Position numbers and translations under genes: made by a program. Under the pieces are notes generated by a model. That model saw only the letters and a program-made list of their open reading frames with translations, had not been told where the DNA came from and did not search any database. Below, piece after piece: positions 12,201-23,394 of a DNA stretch of 64,000 bases (the first letter of the stretch is position 1; the number at the start of each line of letters is the position of its first letter). This DNA is from Tubulanus polymorphus (Eukaryota > Animalia > Nemertea), in NCBI RefSeq assembly GCF_964204645.1, contig NC_134029.1:19462950-19526949 (forward strand), read 5' to 3'.

Positions 12201-12335
12201 ATTATTTTGTCTTTGCGTCTCAGGTTGTTAGAAACCGAGGAAAACTGTCCCATGTGCTCGGAGAAAGTCATGTCGGAAAACCTGGCGAAAATCAACGACG
12301 CGAACAAATACCTGAACGAAGAATCCGACGACTGA
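132..12335 (+). CDS. WDR19: WD repeat-containing protein 19 / IFT144 (IFT-A subunit), 5'-truncated by the window; 23 exons used per transcript, 891 aa + stop
   Basis: Hand-spliced GT-AG exons join in frame to 2676 nt: 132-254, 726-875, 1566-1646, [1768-1834 or 3413-3479], 4323-4489, 4586-4623, 5047-5144, 5236-5297, 5395-5505, 6155-6393, 6834-6909, 6986-7068, 7486-7626, 8124-8213, 8298-8422, 8855-8964, 9432-9675, 10370-10494, 10584-10665, 11297-11447, 11535-11658, 11761-11837, 12224-12335. Peptides such as [77 protein letters not shown] and the C-terminal CxxC pairs match WDR19 as I recall it. Confidence 0.96.
415..522. mobile_element. palindromic MITE family A (PIF/Harbinger-like, CWG target)
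   Basis: TIR gacccagttccacagttctgagtt...aactcagaactgtggaactggctc; flanked CAG/CTG; nested in a hAT-like tcagggaa-repeat element; further copies 4881-4991, 7234-7325 (decayed), 21096-21197, 36113-36220, 44217-44324. Confidence 0.8.
726..875 (+). CDS. WDR19: WDR19 exon ([12 protein letters not shown]...GYVYNP)
   Basis: ttacag acceptor, gtaagt donor, 150 nt. Confidence 0.94.
977..1300. mobile_element. two adjacent MITEs, family E (TIR GG(C/T)GAACTTCGG)
   Basis: gggtgaacttcggtt...aaccgaagttcgcc (977-1192), second decayed copy 1196-1300; related sequence at 39885-40050. Confidence 0.6.
1566..1646 (+). CDS. WDR19: WDR19 exon ([27 protein letters not shown])
   Basis: tgtag acceptor, gtaaga donor, 81 nt. 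Confidence 0.92.
1768..1834 (+). CDS. WDR19: WDR19 mutually exclusive exon copy a ([23 protein letters not shown])
   Basis: tttcag acceptor, gtatga donor, 67 nt, phase 0-1; paralogous to 3413-3479. Confidence 0.85.
1876..1918 (+). promoter_or_regulatory. putative splicing selector sequence downstream of exon copy a
   Basis: complementary to 3492-3550 (about 26 bp in 1876-1909/3518-3550 plus 7 bp 1912-1918/3492-3498). Confidence 0.55.
2380..2692. mobile_element. element with two divergent tRNA-like arms (copy 1)
   Basis: B-boxes GGTTCGAATCC (minus) and GGTTCGAGTGC (plus) with A-box-like TAGTGTGGCAGG; catataga direct repeats at 2372-2379 and 2693-2700; homologous to 9825-10144 in reverse orientation. 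Confidence 0.7.
3413..3479 (+). CDS. WDR19: WDR19 mutually exclusive exon copy b ([23 protein letters not shown])
   Basis: long pyrimidine tract + ttctag acceptor, gtatgc donor, 67 nt, phase 0-1. Confidence 0.85.
3492..3550 (+). promoter_or_regulatory. putative docking site downstream of exon copy b
   Basis: pairs with 1876-1918; alternatively forms local hairpins 3523-3537 and 3505-3524. Confidence 0.55.
3874..4167. mobile_element. MITE with ~85-bp TIRs
   Basis: tatggtggctgattcgggccatact...agtatggcccaaatcagccaccata. Confidence 0.75.
4323..4489 (+). CDS. WDR19: WDR19 exon ([15 protein letters not shown]...SPAE)
   Basis: atag acceptor, gtacgt donor, phase 1-0. Confidence 0.93.
4586..4623 (+). 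CDS. WDR19: WDR19 small exon ([13 protein letters not shown])
   Basis: T-tract+cag acceptor, gtaatg donor, 38 nt; phases fit both neighbours. Confidence 0.88.
4692..4800 (-). mobile_element. decayed Penelope-like pLTR fragment
   Basis: homologous to 38458-38560; minus strand tattcCTGAAGAtgactattagaatag. Confidence 0.55.
4881..4991. mobile_element. MITE family A copy
   Basis: acccagttccgcagttctgagtt...aactgtggaactgggtc. Confidence 0.78.
5047..5144 (+). CDS. WDR19: WDR19 exon (FKDAWTYC...LEIDM)
   Basis: cgcag / gtacga, phase 2-1. Confidence 0.92.
5236..5297 (+). CDS. WDR19: WDR19 exon ([21 protein letters not shown])
   Basis: ttacag / gtacgt, phase 1-0. Confidence 0.92.
5395..5505 (+). CDS. 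WDR19: WDR19 exon ([10 protein letters not shown]...SAALE)
   Basis: ttacag / gtacgt, 111 nt. Confidence 0.93.
6155..6393 (+). CDS. WDR19: WDR19 exon (MRRDLLHW...MGDIRR)
   Basis: tttag / gtaatt; coincides with ORF 6155..6397. Confidence 0.95.
6834..6909 (+). CDS. WDR19: WDR19 exon ([11 protein letters not shown]...LENMK)
   Basis: AAG acceptor after pyrimidine tract, gtataa donor, phase 2-0. Confidence 0.88.
6986..7068 (+). CDS. WDR19: WDR19 exon ([12 protein letters not shown]...RSKNW)
   Basis: tgtag / gtgagt. Confidence 0.93.
7486..7626 (+). CDS. WDR19: WDR19 exon (TKVGELL...DNVIR)
   Basis: ttcag / gttagt. Confidence 0.93.
8124..8213 (+). CDS. WDR19: WDR19 exon ([13 protein letters not shown]...KMVAK)
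   Basis: tttcag / gtacgt. Confidence 0.92.
8298..8422 (+). CDS. WDR19: WDR19 exon ([14 protein letters not shown]...YADII)
   Basis: ttcag / gtatgt. Confidence 0.92.
8855..8964 (+). CDS. WDR19: WDR19 exon (GPDATPEDY...GQHPK)
   Basis: atcag / gtaccg. Confidence 0.92.
9056..9270 (+). mobile_element. hAT-like MITE remnant with internal gtcagggaa repeats
   Basis: cagggtagccgccact end and repeated (g)tcagggaaa motifs; related pieces at ~390-559, 7133-7187, 7394-7446, 8778-8815, 11110-11180. Confidence 0.5.
9432..9675 (+). CDS. WDR19: WDR19 exon (ALNHFLRV...EEQNA)
   Basis: cgtag / gtagga. Confidence 0.94.
9825..10144. mobile_element. element with two divergent tRNA-like arms (copy 2)
   Basis: ends catcctcccc...gagggaggatt; near-identical 8-bp flanks gtcgatct (9817-9824) / gtctatct (10145-10152); A/B boxes on both strands. 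Confidence 0.72.
10370..10494 (+). CDS. WDR19: WDR19 exon ([10 protein letters not shown]...YILVK)
   Basis: tttag / gtgaga. Confidence 0.94.
10584..10665 (+). CDS. WDR19: WDR19 exon ([15 protein letters not shown]...KFPA)
   Basis: ttacag / gtgagt. Confidence 0.94.
11297..11447 (+). CDS. WDR19: WDR19 exon ([10 protein letters not shown]...IEAIVR)
   Basis: tttcag / gtatgt. Confidence 0.94.
11535..11658 (+). CDS. WDR19: WDR19 exon (KPDKTEEEE...CPYC...CPGC...FCVVT)
   Basis: tgtag / gtaagt; zinc-binding CxxC motifs. Confidence 0.94.
11761..11837 (+). CDS. WDR19: WDR19 exon ([26 protein letters not shown])
   Basis: ctcag / gtaagt. Confidence 0.93.
12224..12335 (+). CDS. WDR19: WDR19 last coding exon ([13 protein letters not shown]...ESDD*)
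   Basis: ctcag acceptor, TGA at 12333-12335. Confidence 0.92.
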
Positions 12336-12441
12336 ATGACAAAAATATGAACGAAATAGACTTTAAATTGAGTCGTAGTCTATTTTTATTCATAAATTGT
12401 TTATGATGACTTGACGATTGTAAACGCCGAGGACCTCACTT

Positions 12442-12551
12442 GATCTGGATCAGTTATCGAGAATTCGGATTAAACATCATATCGAACATGTACATTTTAT
12501 GTATAGGTGTAGACCTACTAGACAGAAATCTGGATTAATCTGATCCAGATC
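12442..12551. repeat. inverted repeat (probable MITE) in WDR19 3' region
   Basis: gatctggatcag...ctgatccagatc. Confidence 0.5.
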
Positions 12552-14572
12552 TATTAGCGTCTTTCGTACATGTGTTAGTTCATAAGTCTTGTGTCTAGCA
12601 ATTTTGCTCGGGGTATAGGGGTGCATCCAAAAAAAAAAATGGAAGGCCGGGGTCCAGGTGAAAAAAAAAAAATTTCTGGTATAAAGCAGCCTAGTCGAAG
12701 CCTATATTGGGGTTCTGCATTGTTCTGCCCTCGGTTTTAGATATTTTTGAACAGATATATCTGAAAGATTGCAATTTCCGGGAGGATGAGTGTCAAATTT
12801 ACAGATTTGAGGGCCACCTCAACGGGAAGGCAGGGTCCGGGACCCGAAACTACGCCTTGAATCCGCTGCTGGGGTAACCCAGAAGATCTGCGCTAGAATT
12901 CCGACGTACGCACCAGCACAGGTACTGTGCTAGTGCGGTAAACCGTACTTATACAATTAATAATGTCCAGTTGATGATCCGATCCATTCGTTTAAAGTAT
13001 CAAGTTTTTATCAGCTTACATCAGTTTATCGAAACGTTTTTACTTCACTATCAGAATATACACGGATCCCTCCGAAATCACCAAAATGCTACGCGCGTTC
13101 CGTCCATTGTTATGAGATATTTACATCAGCGATTATTAACTGTTAAAACAAGTAAGATATGATGAATTAAGTAAAGTTTGTTTTTTTTCGTAAATTAAGG
13201 CAACAATGATGTATTTATGTGCTTGTATGGTTTCTGTTCAATTAAAGTTTTTCTGGTGACGCTTCATATGAAAACATATGAAACAAATGCGTATCAAATG
13301 CGAAATACAGTGCTGATATTTCTCTCCTGAATAGTGTTTACAGAAAAATTTGAATTACGGTTTGATGAATATTTCTTTAGTTGAGCTGGAACATGGCAAA
13401 AATACTTGTCATCTTTTCGAAAAGCGATGAGACATTAAAACGTTATATCTATCTTCCAAATCTAGATATTTCCTAAATATTTTCCAGATGTTAAGGCTTA
13501 CAATTAGGGCCCCTAATTTCTGGATCGCTTAGTCCCGTCCATACTTTTCTGTAGGTTTGCGAGATAATTAGAACTCCCAACTGTTCCTGATTTTCAGTAT
13601 TTGTTACTATTTGAAAACGAGAAATACTGATTTGATTTCTTTTATTCATACAGAAATATGAACAACATAATTACCCCTACTGATTATTTTGAAGATTTTA
13701 TTTCATATTTCAATGAAATGTTACTGAAAAAATTCAATTTGCTACTGATAACAGTTTTCAGAGGTTGGAAGCCCTGGGTACTTCTTCGCGAAATTAAAGT
13801 ATCGATATACTTCAAATCGGTAACTATTATTATTCAACCGCGATTGAGTTTATTGCTTGTGAATTTTGTTCTACATCGGCGTACTCCAAGGTGGTGTACT
13901 CGACGCCAAGCCTATCGGTCGTGACTCATTCGGCGATATTAATATTCTCCGATCATCCCGGCTATCTTGAACTTTGCGCGGCGTTCGAATATCATCGAGA
14001 TGGTTGACTAAGACAGCTAATATCGCTTTCCCCGTGCAAAGATACTTGTCGTCTGTCTACGTTTCCCCGGGAAGCAATGAGACATGAAAGTAATATCCGC
14101 ATTGTCTTAACTAATCATCACTAAGTACTCATCGACTTCGTAGCTTTCTACCTGTCCGCTCTTTCGTTAATTGAATAAATCTTTCCTGCCGATGTCTAAT
14201 TTACTTTACGAAATAAAAGGAGACATCTTCCGGATAGCAACTTAATTGGTCAATTTCTGACATTGGTACCTTTTGATATTTTCGTTAGCTATTACTGTTA
14301 CCAGAGTCTGGTATGTCGATATCAAATGATACAGAATCGTATCTCGGTTATATTTTATTGACGTTATTATTATCATTATTATTATTATTATTACTATTAT
14401 TATTATATTGTGGAGATGTTCCTAAATGAATGTTTGATGGAAAAATATAAGAATTTTTGTATTTTATGTTGAATTATCGTTGTTCGTTGTGGACCAGGAA
14501 ATGCTGCCATCTGGCTCAAAGATTTTCCCGGTGAAACTAAAGTGAAATGGATATGCGCTTTATGTAAGGCTG

Positions 14573-14948
14573 CAGGTTTCTTGTGGGTTTTGGAAAGTTT
14601 TTTGGAAAAATGGAATTTGTTTTCCAGGCCCTAAGTAAAGCTATCTTGGGAACAATCTTCTCTATGGCTATCGAAAATTTATAGAAAATCAGAAAATGCT
14701 CTTGAAATGAAACATTCGTTTCAATTTTGAATTTTAGGCTAAACGTATTTGCTTAAATGTCTTACTGCACATTTGATAATTAACTTTATGAAAATAATTT
14801 GCCTTTGGTATTGATAATTGGCACTTGTTTATTTTGAATGTGCCTACATTGCCAGTTCTAGACTGGGGATGTGTTACAGAAAATTTATATATAATCTGGG
14901 TATGGAGAAGTTATGGAAAATGAAATCGGTAAACCCGTGGGAATCCTG
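14573..14948. mobile_element. hAT-like MITE (CAGG...CCTG ends, tggaaa subrepeats)
   Basis: caggtttcttgtgggttt...aaacccgtgggaatcctg. Confidence 0.55.
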
Positions 14949-15931
14949 GGGTTGATGAAAAAATTACCTCCTGAGTTATCAAGATTATAGCCTTTAAAAC
15001 CATTCAACCATTCTAACCCTTCATCGTAATCAAGTCGTTGAGGTAATTTTTCATCCCCGGATGCATCAAAAGCCCTTTACCTGCCCCTGCACCACGAATG
15101 AGATATTTACATGCAGTTCAAGATTGTATAAGCTGAAAAAATCATTTTCCGGATTCGGTCCAGTCTTCAGAAAAGGATACTCATCCCCTGACGATGAAAA
15201 TTCAAGTTAAACAATGCCCTAAAATTCGAGAGCCATTTAACGTTTAGGATTTTTAAAGCATCTCTATTCATTTCTTTGAAAAAGGATAAACATTTTTGAA
15301 ATACGTCAGAAAATATTCTATCCATAGATAAAGCTTCGAAGAAAAAGGCTTGAGGTAAAAAGTATCTCGATTCTTTCCCCTGCGTTTCAACTAGTATAGA
15401 GATTAAAATGTTGGCATTAAAGCGATAAGAATCATTTTCAGTTCCTGAGTTGTTTTACACAAATTTCCACGATTCAGATTGATTTTCTGAAGCAATCAGA
15501 TCAATTCAATTTACTTCCGCATCTGCAAAATTCAGATTTCATGGTTTTATTCCTTCGCCGAGAAACAAAATCAAATGAACGATCGAATTAACACGATTTC
15601 ATTATCTAGAATAGATATTACGGACAGAAGTATTTAACTGGACATTACTTTTCTAAATGACCTACAGAGTAATGGATATCAAAAGGACACATATGCATAC
15701 TCGATAACACGAGTTCCGGAGGCTCGATGCAAAAACGAGCGGTCGACCAGCCACGAAAAATCTTGAATATCTATAATTCCTAATCCGATTTGGCGGTTCG
15801 ATTTTCTAAGGCTTCGGTGGTTTAGAGCTGGAAATGCTTGTTGGAGTGGAAAATACTTGGGTTTTATAAGTATTGCCTACTGCCCGTACTGATAGGTGCT
15901 GAATTTTGAAATCTATTCTACGTTTAAATAA

Positions 15932-15939
15932 TATAAATA
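15932..15939 (+). promoter_or_regulatory. candidate TATA box of downstream gene
   Basis: TATAAATA about 30 nt upstream of a CpG-rich segment ending in an aag|gtacgt donor. Confidence 0.4.
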
Positions 15940-15961
15940 TACATGTAGAGAATTCACGCTG

Positions 15962-16137
15962 AAGTAAGCTTTTCGTAAAAAGTAGTGTAAGCTTCTATAC
16001 TCCGTGATGGTCGTTTGTGAGAATGCCGCGCAGCGCGATGTCGCATACACACGAACCACGTGCTTGTGGAAGCTGTAGAACGCTGTACAGGCAACAACGA
16101 CAGGATACTTAAGCATCATTATTCACACAGAATCAAG
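15962..16137 (+). other. candidate noncoding first exon (5' UTR)
   Basis: follows TATA; donor aag|GTACGT, the same hexamer as four WDR19 donors; start position approximate. Confidence 0.4.
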
Positions 16138-18103
16138 GTACGTCATTTTTGTCCGATTTTTTCTCGTGTTTGCACGTGACAGACGCTATCAGACCCGTAC
16201 ATTTCGATTTCAACGAGTTACGTAAGTCCAATATGGGCCGAGTGACCGGCAGATTTGGAAGTGACGGGGTGGCAGACGCAAACTTCCAATATTTCTTTTA
16301 GAATATTCTCTTGATGATGTTACTACATGTAGATTTGATCAATGAAAGCGATGACTTGATATGTATTAGTGAATTTATCGGCCCCCATATGCAACTATAC
16401 CAAATAAAGTTTAGCCTACACTGTAGAATGCGTTTGATACGATTTAAACCCCAGTTAACGATCTATTGATTACCGGATCCATTGGTAAATCAATTAATGA
16501 AATATATACGCTACATCATTGAATTCTGATATGCTGAATGATGCCATTGCGGTCATCGTTATGACGCTTAAGCACATCTTTTTTTAGCATTATCGTGATT
16601 ATTCCTTTTTAGGTTTGATGCTGGGCCCCTTGCTTTCTTCTTCTGATATTCATTAACATTTAACCTTCAAGTTCGTGCGTTATGATGCTAGATGGTATCA
16701 TTGAGGATAATAACAGCAAATAACTAATCACCAGTGTATCAATGAATTAAACATGATAATTGAAATGTAAATCGATTAAAGCATTTTTGGCTGGAATTCG
16801 ACCTTAATGTCATGTAAAGTGAAGAATTATGGTCCTAGTTACTACGTTACTATGTTCTATTGTCCTAATTCGAAGTTGCTACGAAGCTTTTGAAAATGTT
16901 TCTTTTTCTATCCTAGTTTCAACATCATGATATCCTGCTCGGTAGCGAAATGTGTCCTCCTCATCGGTATACGCCATTTTTGCAGATCACCAAGCATTAA
17001 CTGCGCATCTGTAGCTAATTTTGTTGTAAGCATCCCTGCCGTCTCACTTAATCAGCGTTAGGTCAGCCACTTCGGTGACACGAAAGTGACGAGATGCTAT
17101 TTCTCCCTAAGCCAGTCATTTGTGGACGAAGAAAATAGCTTTCTAAATCACCTCGATGTACTTTTTGTCATAACGAGATAAAAATGAGACCAGGCATTTA
17201 TTATTGACCACCCAGACGTATATACGTACGTACGTATATAGGTGTATTTGCGGAATCTATCATTTTCGGTAGAATGGTCTATCACACAAGTTAATGACCA
17301 GGGTCGGAAAATTTTCCTGTCTCTGTCACTTGAAATTGATGATTTTACTGATCAGCGCACCCTGGCGAACAGATCATAAAAACAGCTCTATATAATTGAG
17401 TGGAGCTTGAACCATGGTACCACATATTATGTACCAACTTTCTAAAAGATTGAATGTAAACTCTATGCAATTAGATACATTTATATAGGCCTACAATGAA
17501 CAGCGCCGAAGGCCTCGTCCATAGATACCAACCACTTACTGCTTCTGAAAAATCGGATGGAAATTCTAATGCTAGTAGAAATCTAGAAAAGAAATATTAC
17601 ATTTAGTTAGGAAAAACGTTCCGATGATTTTTCAAATTTAGATTTAAATTTGAATTCGGGCCAAACCTTTAGCAGTTTTGCCGTATCACACTTTATATAT
17701 GTATACGCAAATTTGTACCGAACAAATGGAGAAAAGAATCGATGTGATTTTCTGACACTATTTTATATGTATTTTACTGCGCCAAAGTGGTATGGAAATA
17801 TCTGAAGGTCTCTCTCTCTCTCTCTTTCCCTCAAAGCGACCGTTGGATATATACTCGCGTCATTTCCTGAGATGAAAACAAAGATGACAACAATCTGATG
17901 GAAATAGCAGCTAGACAGTTATCTCGATAATGTGCTGAAATTGATGTTTTCTCTCGCGATATTTGCGCGCTTGATATCGGCGAATGAAATAGAGATGAAA
18001 TAATGTGTATGGCTATATTACACAGCGGATAAAATACTCTGCTACGAACATTTTTCGATGCATCCACCCCTCCCCCTTTTCAGGTAGTTTTTGATGTCGA
18101 TAA

Positions 18104-18240
18104 AGCCCAGCGGACTCATGCAGAAAAACCCAGAAACTCGGAATCAGACATGTTTGATCTCGGAAACGTTGTATCCCGAACCGTTTCTCAGAAACACGTT
18201 TCTGTCTCCTATATTTCATTGTTTCCCTGCGTCCTATGCG
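18104..18240. mobile_element. decayed family D MITE (gaaacac subrepeats)
   Basis: shares catgtttgatctcggaaac...gaaacacgtttctgtctcc with 23395-23533 and 55801-56213. Confidence 0.5.
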
Positions 18241-19693
18241 AACTGAATGCTCGTATAAGGTCGTTGTCTATAATGGGAAGCTTCAGCTTCGTTTTGCGGG
18301 TACGATTCGTATAATTTCTTCTCGTTATCTTAGCTATCGCGTTGATACGTCATGCCCGGTGGATAAATGCTTGTTGATAGCATAGCGTACGTTAGTAGGC
18401 TATTCCTGTTTAAATCAAGTTCCCTGGCCAAAGGATGAATGCGCATTCAGTGGTGGCAGATTTTTTTGGTCTTGGCCTTTACACTGGGGAAAGCACATTC
18501 GCAGGAAAAAGCATGTTAAATGGCCCCCTGAGTGGCCCGTTATGAAAGCTGCAATTCTTTTTCCTTTTTTACGTTATTTTGCTCGAAAACATCGTTATCA
18601 CGAACGACGTTTTTTTTTGTCGTGAATTATAGTGCCAGTTTATTTGCCAAAGTGGGATATATATTCAAACTGTCTGGTTGCTGTTTACTCTTTGCCAACG
18701 CGTTCTTTGTCAGCCCACACGTGATCAATAGAATAACGACTAGTTATACATATATATGGATTCTCTTTATTCATCAGTATCGAAAGAAAGAAGAGAAAGG
18801 AAAGGGCAATCTCTCTACGGGAAAAAAATGATGAATCTTGCGGTGTTTTTTGTTTGGGGAAAGTTCAGGAGTCAAACGCGGGATGGTGAAAATGTCATCG
18901 GGCCACCCGGGAATGGCCCTCAGGGAGATCGTTTTGATTATCTTGAGTTCAGATTGGAATTTCACCAATAACTTATGTACTGGTCGGTTACACTATAGGA
19001 TCGTAGAGCGTCGTAGATCACAGTGGAGAGGCAATCACTTCTAGTACCGGGTGAAATTCGAAAAGGTTGATACTTCAAAACAACGTTGCTAGGTATATTG
19101 TGGTTGTCAAACTAGCAAAAAATCTGAATCACGCGTTTGAATTCAAATAACCCTAAGACATACCTCATAGGCTTGAGATGGAAAAAATCCACCCGAAAAT
19201 CATTTTAGATTTTGTATCAGATGATAGCAACTAGTTTCTGTCTCTTCAAGTGGTAAGGGCCGTCTTAGGGGTCCAAAATATCGCACCGATCTTTGGCGAT
19301 TTGTCATTTGAAATAGTGGCTTTTCGATAAAATGCTATCGGACGGATTTTAGGACCACTTGAAGGTTTATGATCGTATGTCTGGCGTTGAACCATCTGGT
19401 ATACGTTCTGGTACCACGCTTAATCTAATTACTGCCGCCTTCGTCTAATCATCACTCGAGCTCTCAGCGCGCTATCACCGAACACCGAAATAGCTGTCCA
19501 GTTCATGAAATATTACAATTTATGACAGTTTGAATTTAATAATTCATACAAATAGTCTATCGCATAGAGTTTAAAGCCTAACGTCGTCGTAAAGTTTGAA
19601 CTTCTTTCCGCAGGACTTACGCGGTCGATGGTGAATGAGTATTATTGATATTTGAAAATTCGGATCTAAAATCGTCTCATATACGAATTGACT

Positions 19694-19754
19694 ATGATGA
19701 TCGTCTGCTTCGTTCAAGTGCTCGTGATTTCGGTCGGAGTATTGTCAAATTCAG
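19694..19754 (+). CDS. first coding exon of an unidentified secreted or membrane protein (signal peptide MMIVCFVQVLVISVGVLSNS, phase-1 intron)
   Basis: exon 19614-19754 bounded by cttctttccgcag and cag|GTAAGT; hydrophobic 20-aa N-terminus. Confidence 0.55.
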
Positions 19755-20192
19755 GTAAGTGAATTCAAATTCTATTTAGAATGATTTATATATTCTGTGT
19801 TCTGTACCGGCGGAAAGCGACGAAATGAAATCCATTTTATTATGATTTGAAATAGCTTTGACGGTTGTGGTGAAAATGAAAAAAAAATGTGAGGGCAAAT
19901 CGCAGTAGCTCAAAGAAACCTGTTGGATCCACTTGGTATTTTGAATATTGAGATGGACGGAATTCATCGGAATCTATCTTCAATTGTAATGATTAGTTCA
20001 ACAGCTAATCAAGTATCAACCCACATCCTAGGATTCCAGTTTACCTTCTACTTTCTTTCATAGTAAAAGAAGGTCAATTAATCGAATATTTCCATCATTC
20101 TAGTGTTGTAATATTTGCTTGTTTAAAAAAATAAGATTAATCAACTTACGGTGTAAATTATGCATGTCGGCTTATATCTCAGTGACTTTAAT

Positions 20193-20447
20193 CAGGAGCG
20201 GATTGAGGGGGGGGGTATGTATCGGAGGGCACAGGCCCCATATTTTTGTCAATATAACATTACTGATAATTTTGTTTAGAATCGCTCTAATTGCTCAGAA
20301 AATGATAAATGATTTTTTTCAGATTTTCTTTTTCGGAGGAACCCCAAATTCCTTATAAGGCTTCGCACCAACGTCGCCCACTATCCATGTACCTCTACAA
20401 CTTGACCTAGGAAGTTTCCCCCTTCTAGGTATCTGTATACGCCCCTG
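20193..20447. mobile_element. hAT-like MITE (CAGG(G/A)GCGGAT...TACGCCCCTG)
   Basis: terminal inverted repeats; related elements at ~12616-12870 and 27780-28014. Confidence 0.5.
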
Positions 20448-22470
20448 GAAAATAAGTTTTGCATAAACTTTGAGACGTTTGACCTTTCGATTCGATTTGG
20501 GTTTTCAATTTATTTCGACAAATTATTTTTCCGGCTTCGCGCAACCGCTGTAAGTCGCTGGATTTGCGCGCGAGCAAATTCAACACCTCCGCGACGACGG
20601 CATCTCGTCTACTTTCGGCTGGTTTTCGCATTGAATTTTCATTTATATCACCTTCGGGAAATGAAGCGAAAAGATCTCTTCCTATACGATGGACGGCATA
20701 AATTTGCGATTTAGAAAGCCGACGAATTCTTTACGCTAACGACAACGAAGACCGATGGATTTTCGTAACTACTATGATATTTTGCCGTATACGGTCTGTT
20801 GCCCGCGCCGGCCCGGGACGCATTCGGGGCCTTGGTCGCACGTAGAATCCTAATCTTTTAAAATTCTGTTAATGCGATTTCCAAGTTAACAAATCCCAAA
20901 GCTGGTGTAAGTTGTGTCGCAATGGCGCACGCGGGAATAATCTAGGCCTGACTGTAATGGAAAAGGAGGCAGCAAATTCTTCTCGGTCACAAAACTTACT
21001 ATGTGACTCGAATACGATTTTAATGCACTACTGTTGTCGCGTTGCCTTTAAATGAGTGATGAAACACATCTTCATAGTTCTACCCACAACGCCAGAGGCC
21101 AGTTCCACAGTCGTGAGTTAGTATTAACTATGTGACTGTTGAAATAAGTTCATTTCTTATGATTTAACGAGTCAAGTCACAACTATGGAACTAGATCCAA
21201 GATCACAGATCACAGATCACAGAAGTTATTATTCAATCAATTTTGTGGGGTTTTTAATGATACATATAATATCTTCAGACATATTGGGGCCAGGAGAGTC
21301 CGCTGGAGTGAATCTGCGATATAAGACGTTGATTAGTCATAAAATGTTTCTATGCTTAATAAAGAGCTAAAAATAATATGGTACACAGTAATCAATTCAA
21401 TGATTCGTTTTTAATCTACTGGTACATATTATTAACATAATTTCATGTTTTCCACTATCTGCTATTTGCAATAAAACCGAATAAACGTACAACCCGATTA
21501 CCCCAGATTTTGTCCAGAACTAACAAAACGACGATCAGTGACGACAATCATAATATGATGATTTCTATATCGAATCAACACGCCGAAAAAATGGCTACCG
21601 ATGTGTATTCTGACTCGGTTAATGTGATATTTCGCTGTTTACACGGTGCCACGAGCCTGGCCTAGTCGGTAAAGAACTGTGCAAGCATAAAAACGTTTCG
21701 ATGATGATATTGTCCACGCGTGTGCAAGCCGAAAATGAGATTTGGGAGTTGACATTGGCACCGGGGATTCGCTGCGCAAATACGTTCCGTAATTAACCAT
21801 GTCGGACGCTCGCAAGGCGTAGAATTGATATATATGTAGTTGGTCTGTTGTATATAGTTTGGGACGCTGGGAGGCGGATTTTCGATCGCGAAATTCGCGT
21901 GATTATGAGTAATAATTGTCGGGAAATAATTCGTCCGTTATATCTATTGTTACCGGCGCGCCCGACGTGCTTCATTTTTCCACCAGATCCATCATCGTGT
22001 ATACATTCGGAAGAATGCGTTTTGTACTGTTTCATTTCAAGTTGAATGGAAGCGAGAATGGCGCATTCTTTAGCGCCGTTATCGTCGATTGTTGATGATT
22101 TTCTGACCTTATCGCCGGTTAGTATATTACTAACCTGTAATCAATCAAATTAAGGAATATTGTTCGGAAATTTTCGGTCATCATGTATTACTGCCGTGGG
22201 CACGCGGTAGCCCAGGTGTGAATCTCATTAATTACGTTGCCACATACGTTTTAGCAGAGTTTAGTATAAACGTTCTTTTTAGAGAGTTCGTTTCTATGTT
22301 TGCGATATTACGCACATAGTTCCTGAAATGTTTGAATTTTTTGAAAATTATTTCTGAAAATGACGAACTTCAAAGTTCAGTACTCTGAATTTTTACGCGT
22401 GCGGCAAAAACTGACCTACGATTTTTATATCGCTCTTTTGTTCATTCCTACGGTTTAAATGTTGCTAAAG

Positions 22471-22742
22471 CCATTAGATTATAGTCATGGCTTAGACTTA
22501 AGACCAGTCTAAGACCAACTTAGTTCTATAGCTAATCTAACAACTTAAGACCAGTCTTAAGATTTAAGACCACTTTTTGACTTAAGTCACGACTATGCAA
22601 CTGGCCCCAGGGGTCCGGTTCCATATAGCCAGACTAAGGCCAGACAAAGACCGGCATAGTTCTATAGCCAATATAACAACCTAAGACCATGTCTTAAGAT
22701 TTGAGACAACTTTTGGACTACGTTTGGACTATGGAACCTAGC
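22471..22742. mobile_element. two tandem MITEs, family B (cttaagacc subrepeats, Harbinger-like)
   Basis: palindromic units 22471-22607 and 22612-22742 joined at CAG; relatives at 46763-46890 and 54160-54215. Confidence 0.65.
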
Positions 22743-23394
22743 CTAGGTGTTAACTCTATTCTCCACTATTCTCCTATTTGCCGTTTTCCCATATCGCGCA
22801 CATTTTTGTTCGCTAGCGTCCTGGTATATGTATTTCTGTCATCCTGAATGATTTTTTTATTCCCGTCCATATTTCATTATGAAACATGACATCAAAAGCA
22901 AGGCTACATTACGTCACCTATCTATATATATATATATATATACATAAATAATCAATTAATGAAATTACGCGCCAAATAATCATTAAACGTCAGTCACTGT
23001 AGAAGGTTCCGGTGAGACCTGACATGACGGCTGATTACTATCCGGAGGATTACGTTCGCTGCAACTTCGGAGGCTGGATCTAGTTGCTCTTGATGCTCGT
23101 TGGGCAAATTGGATTAACGAGATTAATTCGATACGGCGATCATCCAATGTTTTCCGGGAGCTCGGCAGCAAAGTGGAAATATTTAAATTGACAGTGACGT
23201 GCGCATGGCATCGTCAATTTTTCCGTTATTGACCTGTTGTGATGACGAACCATGTTGCTCTTTCGTTTATCGGCGTCGACCCTGAATTAGGTTAAGTCGG
23301 CGCGGTGCATAATCGATTTGGAAAATTACAGACTCAGGTCTGTCGCAATTGATTAAGACAATCGCCGTACATTGCACTCTTTCGCAAGCCCATC

